From: a virus
Taxonomy: Duplodnaviria; Caudoviricetes
IMG/VR virus record: IMGVR_UViG_3300033153_008490
Location: 1-52,468 of that record
Reading direction: 5' to 3' (one strand)
Length of the DNA stretch: 52,468 nt
A program made the position numbers and the translations under genes. The notes below the pieces were generated by a model that was not told where the DNA came from, searched no databases, and saw only the letters and a list, made by a program, of their open reading frames with translations. Each line of letters begins with the position of its first letter. Position 1 is the first letter of the stretch. Below are positions 1-8,158 of the stretch, piece after piece.

Positions 1-386
1 TGGCTCAGCGCATGCCATCTTCGCAGTCGTTCTCGTCTACATCGCTCATTCCACCAGCGTATACCCGCCCATCGTACATCGTGGTTTCGCTTAGCCGTTT
101 CTGCTAGGTCAACCATGTGGTCTAGCATTTCCACAGTTAGTTTCCACCACTCGTCCTCCATTTCAAACCACTCTCCCCCGATACACGCCTGCCTAGCTAC
201 TGCCTTAAAGCCAATTTCAATGAGCCTAGGCTTGCAACTGTGCCGCACATAAACAATGTCCAGCGTTCGCCCTGTCATATACTGCAATGTCTGTCTTCGC
301 TGTTCCACATTGTCAGACATACCAACCTTTCCTACATCGGACTCCTGATCGCGTAGTACGTAAATATACCTAGGTTTACTCGCCAT
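1..386 (-). CDS. T5orf172/MUG113-type GIY-YIG domain protein (runs off the window edge)
   Basis: Hand translation from ATG at 386 (AAGGAG RBS): MASKPRYIYVLRDQESDVGKVGMSDNVEQRRQTLQ...GGEWFE. YIY, KVGMS..VEQR..LQ and GEWF are T5orf172-like motifs. Not in the ORF track. Confidence 0.7.
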   Translation of the reverse strand, partial: MASKPRYIYVLRDQESDVGKVGMSDNVEQRRQTLQYMTGRTLDIVYVRHSCKPRLIEIGFKAVARQACIGGEWFEMEDEWWKLTVEMLDHMVDLAETAKRNHDVRWAGIRWWNERCRRERLRRWHALS

Positions 387-404
387 AATGGTACTCCTTA
401 GAAA

Positions 405-511
405 ATAAGCCCAGGATTATGCACGCTACCCTAGCGCTGAGTCCTTGCGGATACTCACATCCTGGGCTTATCGTTTGAAGGACAAAAGTTGAAATGTAGG
501 GTACGTGCATA
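405..511 (-). promoter_or_regulatory. Structured leader with two interleaved inverted repeats upstream of the T5orf172 gene
   Basis: 405-417 and 459-471 form a perfect 13-bp IR followed on the minus strand by TTT and the RBS. 418-433 and 497-511 form a 15-bp IR with one bulge. Confidence 0.55.
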
Positions 512-1223
512 CCCTTATTACGAGATCTTTTCGTTTCTGTTCTCATGTTTGGCTGACTTTTTTTCTCGACCCCACTTTAAACGATGTGAGATAGGATTCG
601 CATAATATATATGTACACTAATCTATACACTTACCCAATCCCATACTAACAGACACTCTGTTTACACAGAACACTCATATAACATATGCATAGTCTATCC
701 CTACGGGATGGAGAGAGCGTACAAAGATGGTTTGGCTTTCACCCTCATCAATACCGAGACGACCTCCGCAACATCTTACTACTCACACCATCTATCGACC
801 GATCAATTTCCTCCAAGTGTAATGCGATTTTAACCGCAATCCCCACCATCACCAATATGATCACAATCTTCACAACGGACCTAGCCCTCTCTAACATCTC
901 TGTCTCCTTTTACCGCCCCCTTCTCTCTCAACAATCTTTCGTACCGCTTACTCAACAATCGCTCCATTTGGTTGAGTTGGTATATCTCCCATCGTATTCG
1001 CACTATCCCACCCATACAAACTACCACAGCTATACCGCCCAGCACGATTACATATTTCATACTATATCCTCCGCTGTGAGTGATATGATCGTCAAGATAT
1101 TCGCAATCAATATCGCGCCCACTACCCAATACCCCGCTAATGCGAGCGATATCCCGGCAAAGAACCAACTCACCACAAGCACATCCTGCCGATCTCGTCG
1201 TGTCCACCTCGATATCTTCCATC

Positions 1224-1778
1224 TCATACCACACCATCCCGTCTTTTCATTGGATACTCATACACCTTTGGATACTCCCCATTCACAAATATATGACAAT
1301 AGTATGCTTCCAGAAATCTCCACAACTCCTCATCCCCTCCATTGATCAGCGTATACCACGCATCATACGCATTTAATCCACTCCCATCGTAATAGCAAGG
1401 CCCATCGGTCCATTCGCAGTACTGCTCACTAACCTCCTGCCCATCATATTGCGCCTCTTTCGCATGATACCCCAAATCATACGGCACTGGGTAATACTTG
1501 CCTGGATTCAAATCAAACATGGTGTTGCTAATGGGGTCCCTTTTTATTTTTAACGGCTTCCACCCCGTATTCAGAGTAAACTGTACTGCGCCCCCCACAC
1601 CCTTCGCATAGAAACCAATCCGCAGCCCACTTATCCCATGTGAGCCACCTGCGCCCGGTTTACATTTCTCACTCCCATGAATACACTCAAATTGCACACA
1701 ATCACGTCCACGATCAAATCGTACCACTCGTTCAAATTTCATATTGCCACACTCCTTTCGTTCCGCCGCTGAAACCAA
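1224..1778 (-). CDS. Hypothetical phage protein (Cys/Tyr/Gly-rich, CYYDGS motif)
   Basis: 184-aa ORF in the tightly packed leftward gene run. The true start is possibly ATG 1742. Confidence 0.6.
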   Translation of the reverse strand: MVSAAERKECGNMKFERVVRFDRGRDCVQFECIHGSEKCKPGAGGSHGISGLRIGFYAKGVGGAVQFTLNTGWKPLKIKRDPISNTMFDLNPGKYYPVPYDLGYHAKEAQYDGQEVSEQYCEWTDGPCYYDGSGLNAYDAWYTLINGGDEELWRFLEAYYCHIFVNGEYPKVYEYPMKRRDGVV

Positions 1779-1978
1779 TATATCCTACCCCCCTTACAAT
1801 GGGGGCAGATTACCTCATCTTCCCCTACCGGCACTAGACATTCCCCACAATATCCACCATACCCTTCCTTCCGTAGCTTATCCCGTATCACATGCTCCTG
1901 CTGTAAATACACCTTAACTCTCTCTCTCCACCGCATCGCCCACAGTCTTTCACCCATCGCTTTATCCATCCGAATCAC
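1739..1978 (-). CDS. Small Zn-ribbon protein
   Basis: CGEC...CPHC pair, overlapping neighbouring genes. Confidence 0.5.
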   Translation of the reverse strand: MIRMDKAMGERLWAMRWRERVKVYLQQEHVIRDKLRKEGYGGYCGECLVPVGEDEVICPHCKGGRIYWFQRRNERSVAI

Positions 1979-2156
1979 TCCTATCCCAACCTAGTTCACT
2001 CAATGTAATCGAACTACCCACCACCGTTTCCACCACCTGCTCAACCTCTCTCCTGTACAGCCACACAAACGCATCCAAGTGCAGCTCTGTGGCTTGCCAA
2101 ACGCCCCACAGTCCCACGTCCTTCCGCACCCACTCTTCTATCTCGTCATCCGTCAT
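1962..2156 (-). CDS. Hypothetical protein
   Basis: 64-aa ORF with GGAGGTG RBS, colinear with neighbours. Confidence 0.5.
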   Translation of the reverse strand: MTDDEIEEWVRKDVGLWGVWQATELHLDAFVWLYRREVEQVVETVVGSSITLSELGWDRSDSDG

Positions 2157-2190
2157 CCTAGCACCTCCATGTTCGCGTCCATGTTCGTCT

Positions 2191-2838
2191 CTAAACTTTG
2201 CCTACAACTTGAAACCACCTACAACGCCATTTGTGCCCCGCCTGGTGCACATCCACGGCTTTCGTCACCACAGAGATAATCTCATCACACCAACTCCAGT
2301 CCACCGCTTCCTCCTTTGTAGGCCATAAATAGAGCCCTGGATGGCATTCCGTCTCCGATGTTGAGAACCAATCAGCGCTATATACCCGTCCATCACGGTA
2401 TTTATCAATGTGACCAGCGCGTCTTGTCCGATAGCCTATTACCATCCCCTCCTTTTGTTGTCTAAACATGCTAGTTTTACCATTAGGCATATTATCTGGG
2501 TCCAAACAGGTTTTTGCAATGTCTGTCTTAAATAAGTTTGCTCCCAATAAATTTGCTCTAGATAAATTTGCTCCAAATAAATCTGCTTCAGATAAATTTG
2601 CTCTCAATAAATTTGCTCCAGATAAATTTGCTCCCAATAACTTTGCTCCAGATAAATCTGCTTCAGATAAATCTGCTTCAGATAAATCTGCTCTAGATAA
2701 ATCTGCTTCAGATAAATCTGCTCTATATAAATTTGCTCCAGATAAATTTGCCTCACAAAAACTCGGTTTCTGGGCTCGTTCGCCAGTCTGCCACGCTGTC
2801 CACTTTTCCAGCAACGTCTTTATATCTGACTGCTTCAT
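2191..2838 (-). CDS. Pentapeptide-repeat protein with C-terminal phage domain
   Basis: About 15 A(N/D)L(S/L/F)x repeats (EANLSGANLYRADLSEADLS...). Confidence 0.9.
   Translation of the reverse strand: MKQSDIKTLLEKWTAWQTGERAQKPSFCEANLSGANLYRADLSEADLSRADLSEADLSEADLSGAKLLGANLSGANLLRANLSEADLFGANLSRANLLGANLFKTDIAKTCLDPDNMPNGKTSMFRQQKEGMVIGYRTRRAGHIDKYRDGRVYSADWFSTSETECHPGLYLWPTKEEAVDWSWCDEIISVVTKAVDVHQAGHKWRCRWFQVVGKV
2530..2755. repeat. 15-bp degenerate tandem repeat encoding the pentapeptide units
   Basis: AGATAAAT(T/C)TGCT(C/T)(C/T) units in tandem, AT-rich. Confidence 0.9.
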
Positions 2839-2866
2839 TACTCATCCTTTCCGATTATGTTGGTAG

Positions 2867-3373
2867 TTATTCCCAACCCCCTACGTTTTCACCCAACGCA
2901 GACCGCACCTTACGCCAATATGCCAAGCTACACGCTTGTCTGTGGCCATCCGGCCCAGCGACCCAACAGCGACTCTTGGTTTCATTCGTACCGTTTGGCA
3001 CATAATGCCCCATATACACGTCGAACATCTCGCGCGACCGCCTCGGACTCAATCTATCCTGGTTGGTCCACCTCTGCCATCCCACGATTCGATTACAATC
3101 CCGCACCATAATCGTTGATATCTGTGCCGCCCCCACACTGTCCCCACCATCACCAACCGCATTGGCCCGTCCACCACTCTCAACTTGGCAAATCGCCCCC
3201 CATAGTCGCTCCACACCATCCCCCTCCGTTGTGGGCTGTTCTGCCGCCCTTCTCGCCTCGATCTCCACTTTGGGGGGCGGCCCTGTTCGCATGGCCAAAC
3301 AAATCATCCCCACATTGACTACTACCGTGCCGACCAAGACGAGTTTGGTAAATGAATCTGGTTGTTTGCTCAT
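2867..3373 (-). CDS. Lysozyme-fold muralytic enzyme (SLT/i-type-like) with N-terminal hydrophobic anchor
   Basis: AICQVESGG..NAVGDGG.SVGAAQI catalytic Glu motif and N-terminal TM-like LVLVGTVVVNVGMICLAM. Confidence 0.75.
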   Translation of the reverse strand: MSKQPDSFTKLVLVGTVVVNVGMICLAMRTGPPPKVEIEARRAAEQPTTEGDGVERLWGAICQVESGGRANAVGDGGDSVGAAQISTIMVRDCNRIVGWQRWTNQDRLSPRRSREMFDVYMGHYVPNGTNETKSRCWVAGPDGHRQACSLAYWRKVRSALGENVGGWE

Positions 3374-3376
3374 ACC

Positions 3377-3799
3377 TCACGCTCCTTTTCCGTGCTTACA
3401 ACGATCCGCATAATACCGCTGCCCCCACTCTCGGTAACATTGGGAACATACACATAGTGCTCTACATGCCACACCGTAGTAGGGGCTCTTACTATCATCC
3501 AAACAGCGAAACCACGCATAGGACCACGGCTCATATTTATTATCAACCCACTCCTCAACAACGGTCTTATAGCGTCTGAGCCAGCCTTTGCTGCGTTGCA
3601 CTGAAAATTTGTCATTGGCAACATAGCAGCCATCATCACTCATCGGTGGAAACGTCTCTTTTAGGGCCGTGAGATTGTTATGTACATCTAGGTGGTAATT
3701 ATAATCCTCAGTACTACCAAATAACATTCCACACTCTTCGCACCTATCTACTATGATTTTCATGTCAATCTCCCTTAGCTTAGTGCCTCTTGTCGTCAA
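3377..3799 (-). CDS. Hypothetical Zn-binding protein
   Basis: CEEC...H...H and CVCSQCYREW motifs. Confidence 0.55.
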   Translation of the reverse strand: MTTRGTKLREIDMKIIVDRCEECGMLFGSTEDYNYHLDVHNNLTALKETFPPMSDDGCYVANDKFSVQRSKGWLRRYKTVVEEWVDNKYEPWSYAWFRCLDDSKSPYYGVACRALCVCSQCYREWGQRYYADRCKHGKGA

Positions 3800-3971
3800 G
3801 CGTTGCCGCCCAATACTGTACCGTTTTCTTCGCCTGCGCTACCGTCAACTCCGGATGCGTAACTTGCAACCAAGGAGCCGCCCCTGCCATTACCACCCCT
3901 TTCTCTCGCAGTCGATCCAAATACCGCAAATGCTTATCCGTTACGTACGCAGGTCTCTTCAGTGTTTTCAT
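3780..3971 (-). CDS. Hypothetical protein
   Basis: 63-aa ORF (YLDRLREKG...AAPWL), overlapping neighbouring stop/start codons. Confidence 0.55.
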   Translation of the reverse strand: MKTLKRPAYVTDKHLRYLDRLREKGVVMAGAAPWLQVTHPELTVAQAKKTVQYWAATLDDKRH

Positions 3972-4240
3972 TTCGGATCACTCCCTTCCTCGTTCTTGGC
4001 GACGTAGACGATTCGTGGCCCTTGGTCGTTCTGATTCGCATACGGCCGCATAACCTGCTTGATCTCCCTTGCCGCCACTTCTGCATCCGAGCAAATCCCA
4101 TGAACGGTCGCGCAACTTCCCAGCAAACATAGGACCGCCAGCAGCGCCACCGCTGTCAACACCCCGGTAATCCAGGCCACGCAAGCTTGCAAAGCGATTG
4201 AAATTCTGCTATGATAATCCATATCGTCATCCTTTCTCAA
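3968..4240 (-). CDS. Small membrane/lipoprotein-like protein (entericidin-like LGSC ATV.G..D motif)
   Basis: Hydrophobic stretch followed by lipobox-like LLGSC and ATVHGICSD. Confidence 0.45.
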   Translation of the reverse strand: MRKDDDMDYHSRISIALQACVAWITGVLTAVALLAVLCLLGSCATVHGICSDAEVAAREIKQVMRPYANQNDQGPRIVYVAKNEEGSDPK

Positions 4241-4452
4241 TAGTGATTCGTTACGTCGATTCGATCCGGCGCGACAAGCCCACAGCTATCCCCCTGCCAC
4301 ATCATACACGCCGACCCAAGACAACGTGACCACTCCGGGTTTCGGTCAAAATCATCCCTGCCGGAAACGGTGCTGTTCACCGAAGAACTGTCGTCCCCGC
4401 TGCCACACCGCACCGCTGGACACCACTTCTCTTTCGCCTCTTCTTCGGTCAT
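4237..4452 (-). CDS. Hypothetical Cys-rich phage protein
   Basis: MTEEEAKEKWCP...CLGSACMMW...CGL pattern with AAGGG RBS. Confidence 0.6.
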   Translation of the reverse strand: MTEEEAKEKWCPAVRCGSGDDSSSVNSTVSGRDDFDRNPEWSRCLGSACMMWQGDSCGLVAPDRIDVTNHY

Positions 4453-4465
4453 TGTCGTTCCCCTT

Positions 4466-4666
4466 TCACTCTACGAGTTCGGCTTCAAACTTGTACACGT
4501 CTCCGATGTCCACTTGGTTGGAACATTCGTTGCACAGCGAGACATTTGTCTCGAAGGCTGAGCCACCTTCCACTGCTTTTGAAAGAGCTTCTTCTTCGGA
4601 TTTGGCCACGACGGTCCCGCAGAACATTGACGCGGACAGAATTCCTATGATGTTGTATTTCGGCAT
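4466..4666 (-). CDS. Hypothetical protein
   Basis: MPKYNIIG...VAKSEEEAL...LCNECS. Start taken at the ATG after GGAG rather than the track start. Confidence 0.5.
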   Translation of the reverse strand: MPKYNIIGILSASMFCGTVVAKSEEEALSKAVEGGSAFETNVSLCNECSNQVDIGDVYKFEAELVE

Positions 4667-4878
4667 ATCAGTCTCCTTCGAGGTCCGCTTCGAGGTCCGC
4701 TTCGATTTCCAGAACGTTTGCCAGCACCTTTTGCTGCAAGGCCGCAATCTCTTTGATTTTCTGACGCAGCCCGTCGATCTCGGCCTCTAAGTCCTGTAGT
4801 CTTTGCTCAAGTAGGTCCATCGTGTCATTCCCCTTCCTCGGCTATGGCGGTATCCTTTTTGACGAGTATCTCTGTTTC

Positions 4879-5256
4879 CTAGATGAGCTTGCCGTCCCGG
4901 TACTCGTTCCACCACCAGGAGCCGTCAGCTTCCAGTGCTACGCCCTCCTCGACCCATTCGGCCTGCCAGCGCCGGGCCGCAGCGCGCACCTTCCGTTCGA
5001 TCTGCTCCAGGCGGCTTACCCACCAGTCCGGCGGTCTGCCCCACTCGTCCAGCACCACGAGCCAGTCACGGGTATCGCTGGCGTACGTGCCATTACGGGG
5101 ATGGCACTCGACGCGGCACCAAGTACGCAGGCGTCCACAGCATATATCCGCAAGACTGTGCTCTTCTGCGATGGTGTCATGATCGTGTTTCGATTCGTCG
5201 GCGCCGGCAAGGACCTCCACCGTTTGCGTAACGATACAACTATAGGGGTCGCACAT
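4879..5256 (-). CDS. Hypothetical protein
   Basis: 125-aa ORF with AAAGGAG RBS. Confidence 0.6.
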   Translation of the reverse strand: MCDPYSCIVTQTVEVLAGADESKHDHDTIAEEHSLADICCGRLRTWCRVECHPRNGTYASDTRDWLVVLDEWGRPPDWWVSRLEQIERKVRAAARRWQAEWVEEGVALEADGSWWWNEYRDGKLI

Positions 5257-5296
5257 AGTTAGCTCCTTTCTCGCAATCGTTCGGACTCCCTTCTAG

Positions 5297-5355
5297 AAAA
5301 CGAGCCGGCGCGGTGAGGCCGGAGTCTAGTCGAGCCCCACGCACGCCGTCGGCCT
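5297..5355 (-). terminator. GC-rich hairpin followed by TTTT (possible terminator or processing stem)
   Basis: CGGCGTG-C-GTGGGGC...GCCTCAC-CGCGCCG then GCTCGTTTT on the minus strand, intergenic. Confidence 0.4.
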
Positions 5356-5365
5356 GTTGTGCTCA

Positions 5366-5755
5366 CTACATCGACCAAACCGCATCAATCGCTTTTTCGG
5401 GCAAGTCGACAAAGTCCTCCAGGGTCCACGTATGAGAAATAACAAGCCCTGTCATGTCGGGTGAGTCGTCCGGTAGATGACCACGTGATACGGTTTGGGC
5501 GTTCGTATCGACCAGTAAAATCCGGTCGTCTCCATCGCAAGGCTCGGCTGAGATTCCAAACCCTGTTTCGTCCGTTTCCGTGCCGGCGACCATTGTGCAA
5601 AAGATAATTCGGGCCAGATAGCTCGGATCATTCCACCGCCAGTGTTTTGTCAGTGCGGTTTGCAGGATGCTCGGGATTGCACCACCCTCCCAATGGGAGT
5701 ACAACCACACGAAATTATCTCCGTTTTTCACGACTACGTTTGCTCTATCGCCCAT
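5366..5755 (-). CDS. Conserved-type phage hypothetical protein
   Basis: MGDRAN...VWLYSHWEG...RWNDPSYLARIIF with strong RBS. Confidence 0.7.
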   Translation of the reverse strand: MGDRANVVVKNGDNFVWLYSHWEGGAIPSILQTALTKHWRWNDPSYLARIIFCTMVAGTETDETGFGISAEPCDGDDRILLVDTNAQTVSRGHLPDDSPDMTGLVISHTWTLEDFVDLPEKAIDAVWSM

Positions 5756-5774
5756 CGTTTTGGCTCCTACGGAT

Positions 5775-5942
5775 TTAGCGGTTCAATTCGCTTTCTAGTC
5801 TCGCAACATATTCATTCCCGCATTTGTTTTGTGCGGCCGTCTTTGCGTCACGAAAGGTCTGTGCATATTGCAGACGGGTTGTGTAAGAGTTACTGCGCCC
5901 CGACTGCGACACGTACAGGTTATGCTTCTTGATTACATACAT
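5775..5942 (-). CDS. Small hypothetical protein (55 aa)
   Basis: Hand-translated MYVIKKHNLYVSQSGRSNSYTTRLQYAQTF... with TAGGAG RBS. Below the track cutoff. Confidence 0.55.
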   Translation of the reverse strand: MYVIKKHNLYVSQSGRSNSYTTRLQYAQTFRDAKTAAQNKCGNEYVARLESELNR

Positions 5943-6211
5943 TGTTCGACTCCTACTCGGGTTTCATCTCTCAGCACAAGGCCAAATACGCAAACACGGC
6001 CAAAATCCTAATACAGCGCCAATCGGTTAGCGTGGTCATGGTTTGGACTCCTTAATTATGCTGATGGTCCCAGGCCCACTGAATCGTCACACAGTGGACG
6101 ACCAGATAGGCCAGGATGGTCAAGGTTACGGATAGCATAGTCTGGGCTCCTTCAAGAAAGTCCGACTGGGCATAGCGGTGCGCCATCGGCCCGGCCAGAG
6201 CAATTAGGGCG

Positions 6212-6484
6212 CTAGTTTGATTTGCCGGCTTCTTTGGCCGCTTCAATACCCGCCAGGGCCATTGTAGCCAAAAAGGATTTCTGGCCGATCTGCTCCATAC
6301 CACAATCACATGCGTCTTTGTAATCGGTGATTGCTTCTGGTAATTTGATCTCGCACCAAGACCGAACACACGCAAAAAGCGGCTCATCGTCCGCCGTCAG
6401 TTTGTGCTCTTTGAGATATGCACACGCTGCCCGAAGCGCTATTTTAACACACACTTGGCCGATATTGCTTGTCTCTGTTTCCAT
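6212..6484 (-). CDS. Hypothetical protein
   Basis: 90-aa ORF with AAGGAG RBS. Confidence 0.6.
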   Translation of the reverse strand: METETSNIGQVCVKIALRAACAYLKEHKLTADDEPLFACVRSWCEIKLPEAITDYKDACDCGMEQIGQKSFLATMALAGIEAAKEAGKSN

Positions 6485-6543
6485 GTTTCCTATCTCCTTT
6501 TTGCAACCCTAATTGCATGTGCCAGCCGTGCGACCGACTATCA

Positions 6544-6601
6544 AGCCCCGCGACGGAATCGAACCGCCGAGCCACAAGCCCACTGCCGGTCAGTGCGGGG
6601 A
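6544..6601 (-). ncRNA. Minimal tRNA-like element (58 nt, no canonical anticodon arm)
   Basis: TCCCCGC ACTG-ACCGG-CAGT GGGC-TTGTG-GCTC GGCGG-TTCGATT-CCGTC GCGGGGC T. Acceptor-like stem, canonical T-loop and two tiny hairpins, all intergenic. Confidence 0.65.
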
Positions 6602-6617
6602 TACTGCGATTAGGAGT

Positions 6618-6785
6618 CTACGTTTTGCTTAGACGGAAACAGTGCCACTTTGTTTCCACAATCCCGCGTTTCTCAAGTCGCACAATCGCTTCTAAGGTTG
6701 CTCGATCTTTTGCGTATCCATGCCACCCGGGATATTTGGTGGCAAACGCTAGGGCGTGTTTCATATTGTGGCCGATGTGTTGCAT
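6618..6785 (-). CDS. Small hypothetical protein (55 aa), first gene of the leftward unit
   Basis: Hand-translated MQHIGHNMKHALAFATKYPGWHGYAKDRATLEAIVRLEKRGIVE... with TAGGAG RBS. Confidence 0.6.
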   Translation of the reverse strand: MQHIGHNMKHALAFATKYPGWHGYAKDRATLEAIVRLEKRGIVETKWHCFRLSKT

Positions 6786-6799
6786 GGTCTGGGCTCCTA

Positions 6800-7143
6800 A
6801 TATGGGTTGTCAATCGTGCAACTGACTACACCTATACTATCGGATATAATACCGCCGACCATAACAAAATCTGCCCAATCAGCTATTATTTCTTAACTCT
6901 CGCTACCATCACACCTTATGACGATAAAACGAGAGAAATAAATATCACAATAACGCCAAACCGGGTCCGCTTAACCTAGTTTGCTAAACATAATCGCTAT
7001 CGTGCTACCCGTAAAGACAGCCTATGACTAGCCTTACCGCTTGACGCACACGAATTAGAAACGAGTAACACATCATCCACTGCTCATATTAAAAAAACTG
7101 ATACTACATGAACAACCGCTAATAATCGGCGTATATACACTAT
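6800..7143. promoter_or_regulatory. AT-rich divergent promoter region
   Basis: Gene orientation flips here. The minus strand has CCGATAGTATAGGT (-10-like) near 6830-6843. Confidence 0.5.
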
Positions 7144-7677
7144 ATGAATAAAGACAACACTACAACTGTAGAGAGCGCTCTACAATCGTTAACTCTAATG
7201 CAGCAACTGTTTGTCAATGCGTACCTTACGCCCGGAACCACCTATGGCAACGCTACAGAGTCGGCCTCAGTTGCAGGATACAAGGGTACTCGGACAGCCC
7301 TATCGGTAGTCGGCACGCGAAATCTAGCAAACTCTAGGATAGCTGACGCAATCACGTCACGTCGTAACCAATTTGCGAACGAGACCGACGATAAACGCCG
7401 TTTATGTGAGCAAAAACTCATAGACACAATAAATAGTGGGGATTTGCGGCCAGCCGAATTAGCGAGAGTAGTAGAGGTACTTGGTAAGATGTCAGGGTGG
7501 CACAGTCAGACGACCGTCCTGGAGACGAGGGATCGTCAGCAGCAGTTGACAGAGGCTGAGGCGGATCTAGCGAGACGCGCGGCCCTGGCGACGTATGAGC
7601 GGCAAGCATTGCCACCAGTCGTGGACGCTGAGATCGTAGACGAGAAGGTGGAGGAGCCCCACAATGATAACGATTGA
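7144..7677 (+). CDS. terS: Terminase small subunit
   Basis: LT..QQLFVNAYL....NATESA..AGY......VG.RNL....I is the Terminase_2-type HTH pattern. It is the first gene of the rightward operon. Confidence 0.8.
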   Translation: MNKDNTTTVESALQSLTLMQQLFVNAYLTPGTTYGNATESASVAGYKGTRTALSVVGTRNLANSRIADAITSRRNQFANETDDKRRLCEQKLIDTINSGDLRPAELARVVEVLGKMSGWHSQTTVLETRDRQQQLTEAEADLARRAALATYERQALPPVVDAEIVDEKVEEPHNDND

Positions 7678-7897
7678 CGAGAAGCGTGCTATCATGCCTA
7701 AGACGTATCGCGCGTCCTACAACAAAGCCATGGCCGGTAAGAGCCGACGAGCCGCCATGCAATCCTTCTGCTATGAATGCATGGGATGGGTTCTAGGTGA
7801 GACCACCAAGTGTACTGACACCACATGCCCACTATATCCGTATCGGCCAACAACTGACGTCCCCCCCGACAGCTGTGAGAGCGTTCCCCAGTCGTAG
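7664..7897 (+). CDS. Small Zn-binding hypothetical protein
   Basis: AM.SFCYECMG......C....CPLYPYRP motif. Confidence 0.65.
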   Translation: MITIDEKRAIMPKTYRASYNKAMAGKSRRAAMQSFCYECMGWVLGETTKCTDTTCPLYPYRPTTDVPPDSCESVPQS

Positions 7898-8158
7898 GAT
7901 GGATAAACTGAAGACCACCGGAAAAACTGGACGCACGATGATGTCAAACGCCAAACAGATCGAGTTAAACCGCCTGACGCTCGAGCGCACCCCTGATGGT
8001 CAGCCTAGCAGATGGGCGGCCCTATTCTCATATACGGAGGGGCATTACCCCCATTGCGTGGCGCGCGTCCCCTATATAAGCATGGAAAAATTTACAGCCA
8101 ATTTCGGCAATGTCCTACTAACTTACTAGGTATTCAGCGTTCCAGAGGAGAGTAACCA

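Noticed and set aside
686-1345. 219-aa plus-strand ORF and similar plus-strand ORFs in 1-6.8 kb and 46.2-52.4 kb
   Set aside because: They are antisense to tightly packed minus-strand genes with good RBSs, and their H/P/S/T-biased composition is typical of shadows.
2530-2755. Repeat array as a possible CRISPR or iteron region
   Set aside because: Contiguous 15-bp units without spacers that encode pentapeptide repeats.
4676-4705. 12-bp tandem repeat CTTCGAGGTCCG x2.5
   Set aside because: It falls in the end of a small coiled-coil ORF (EADLEADLE) and is a trivial local duplication.
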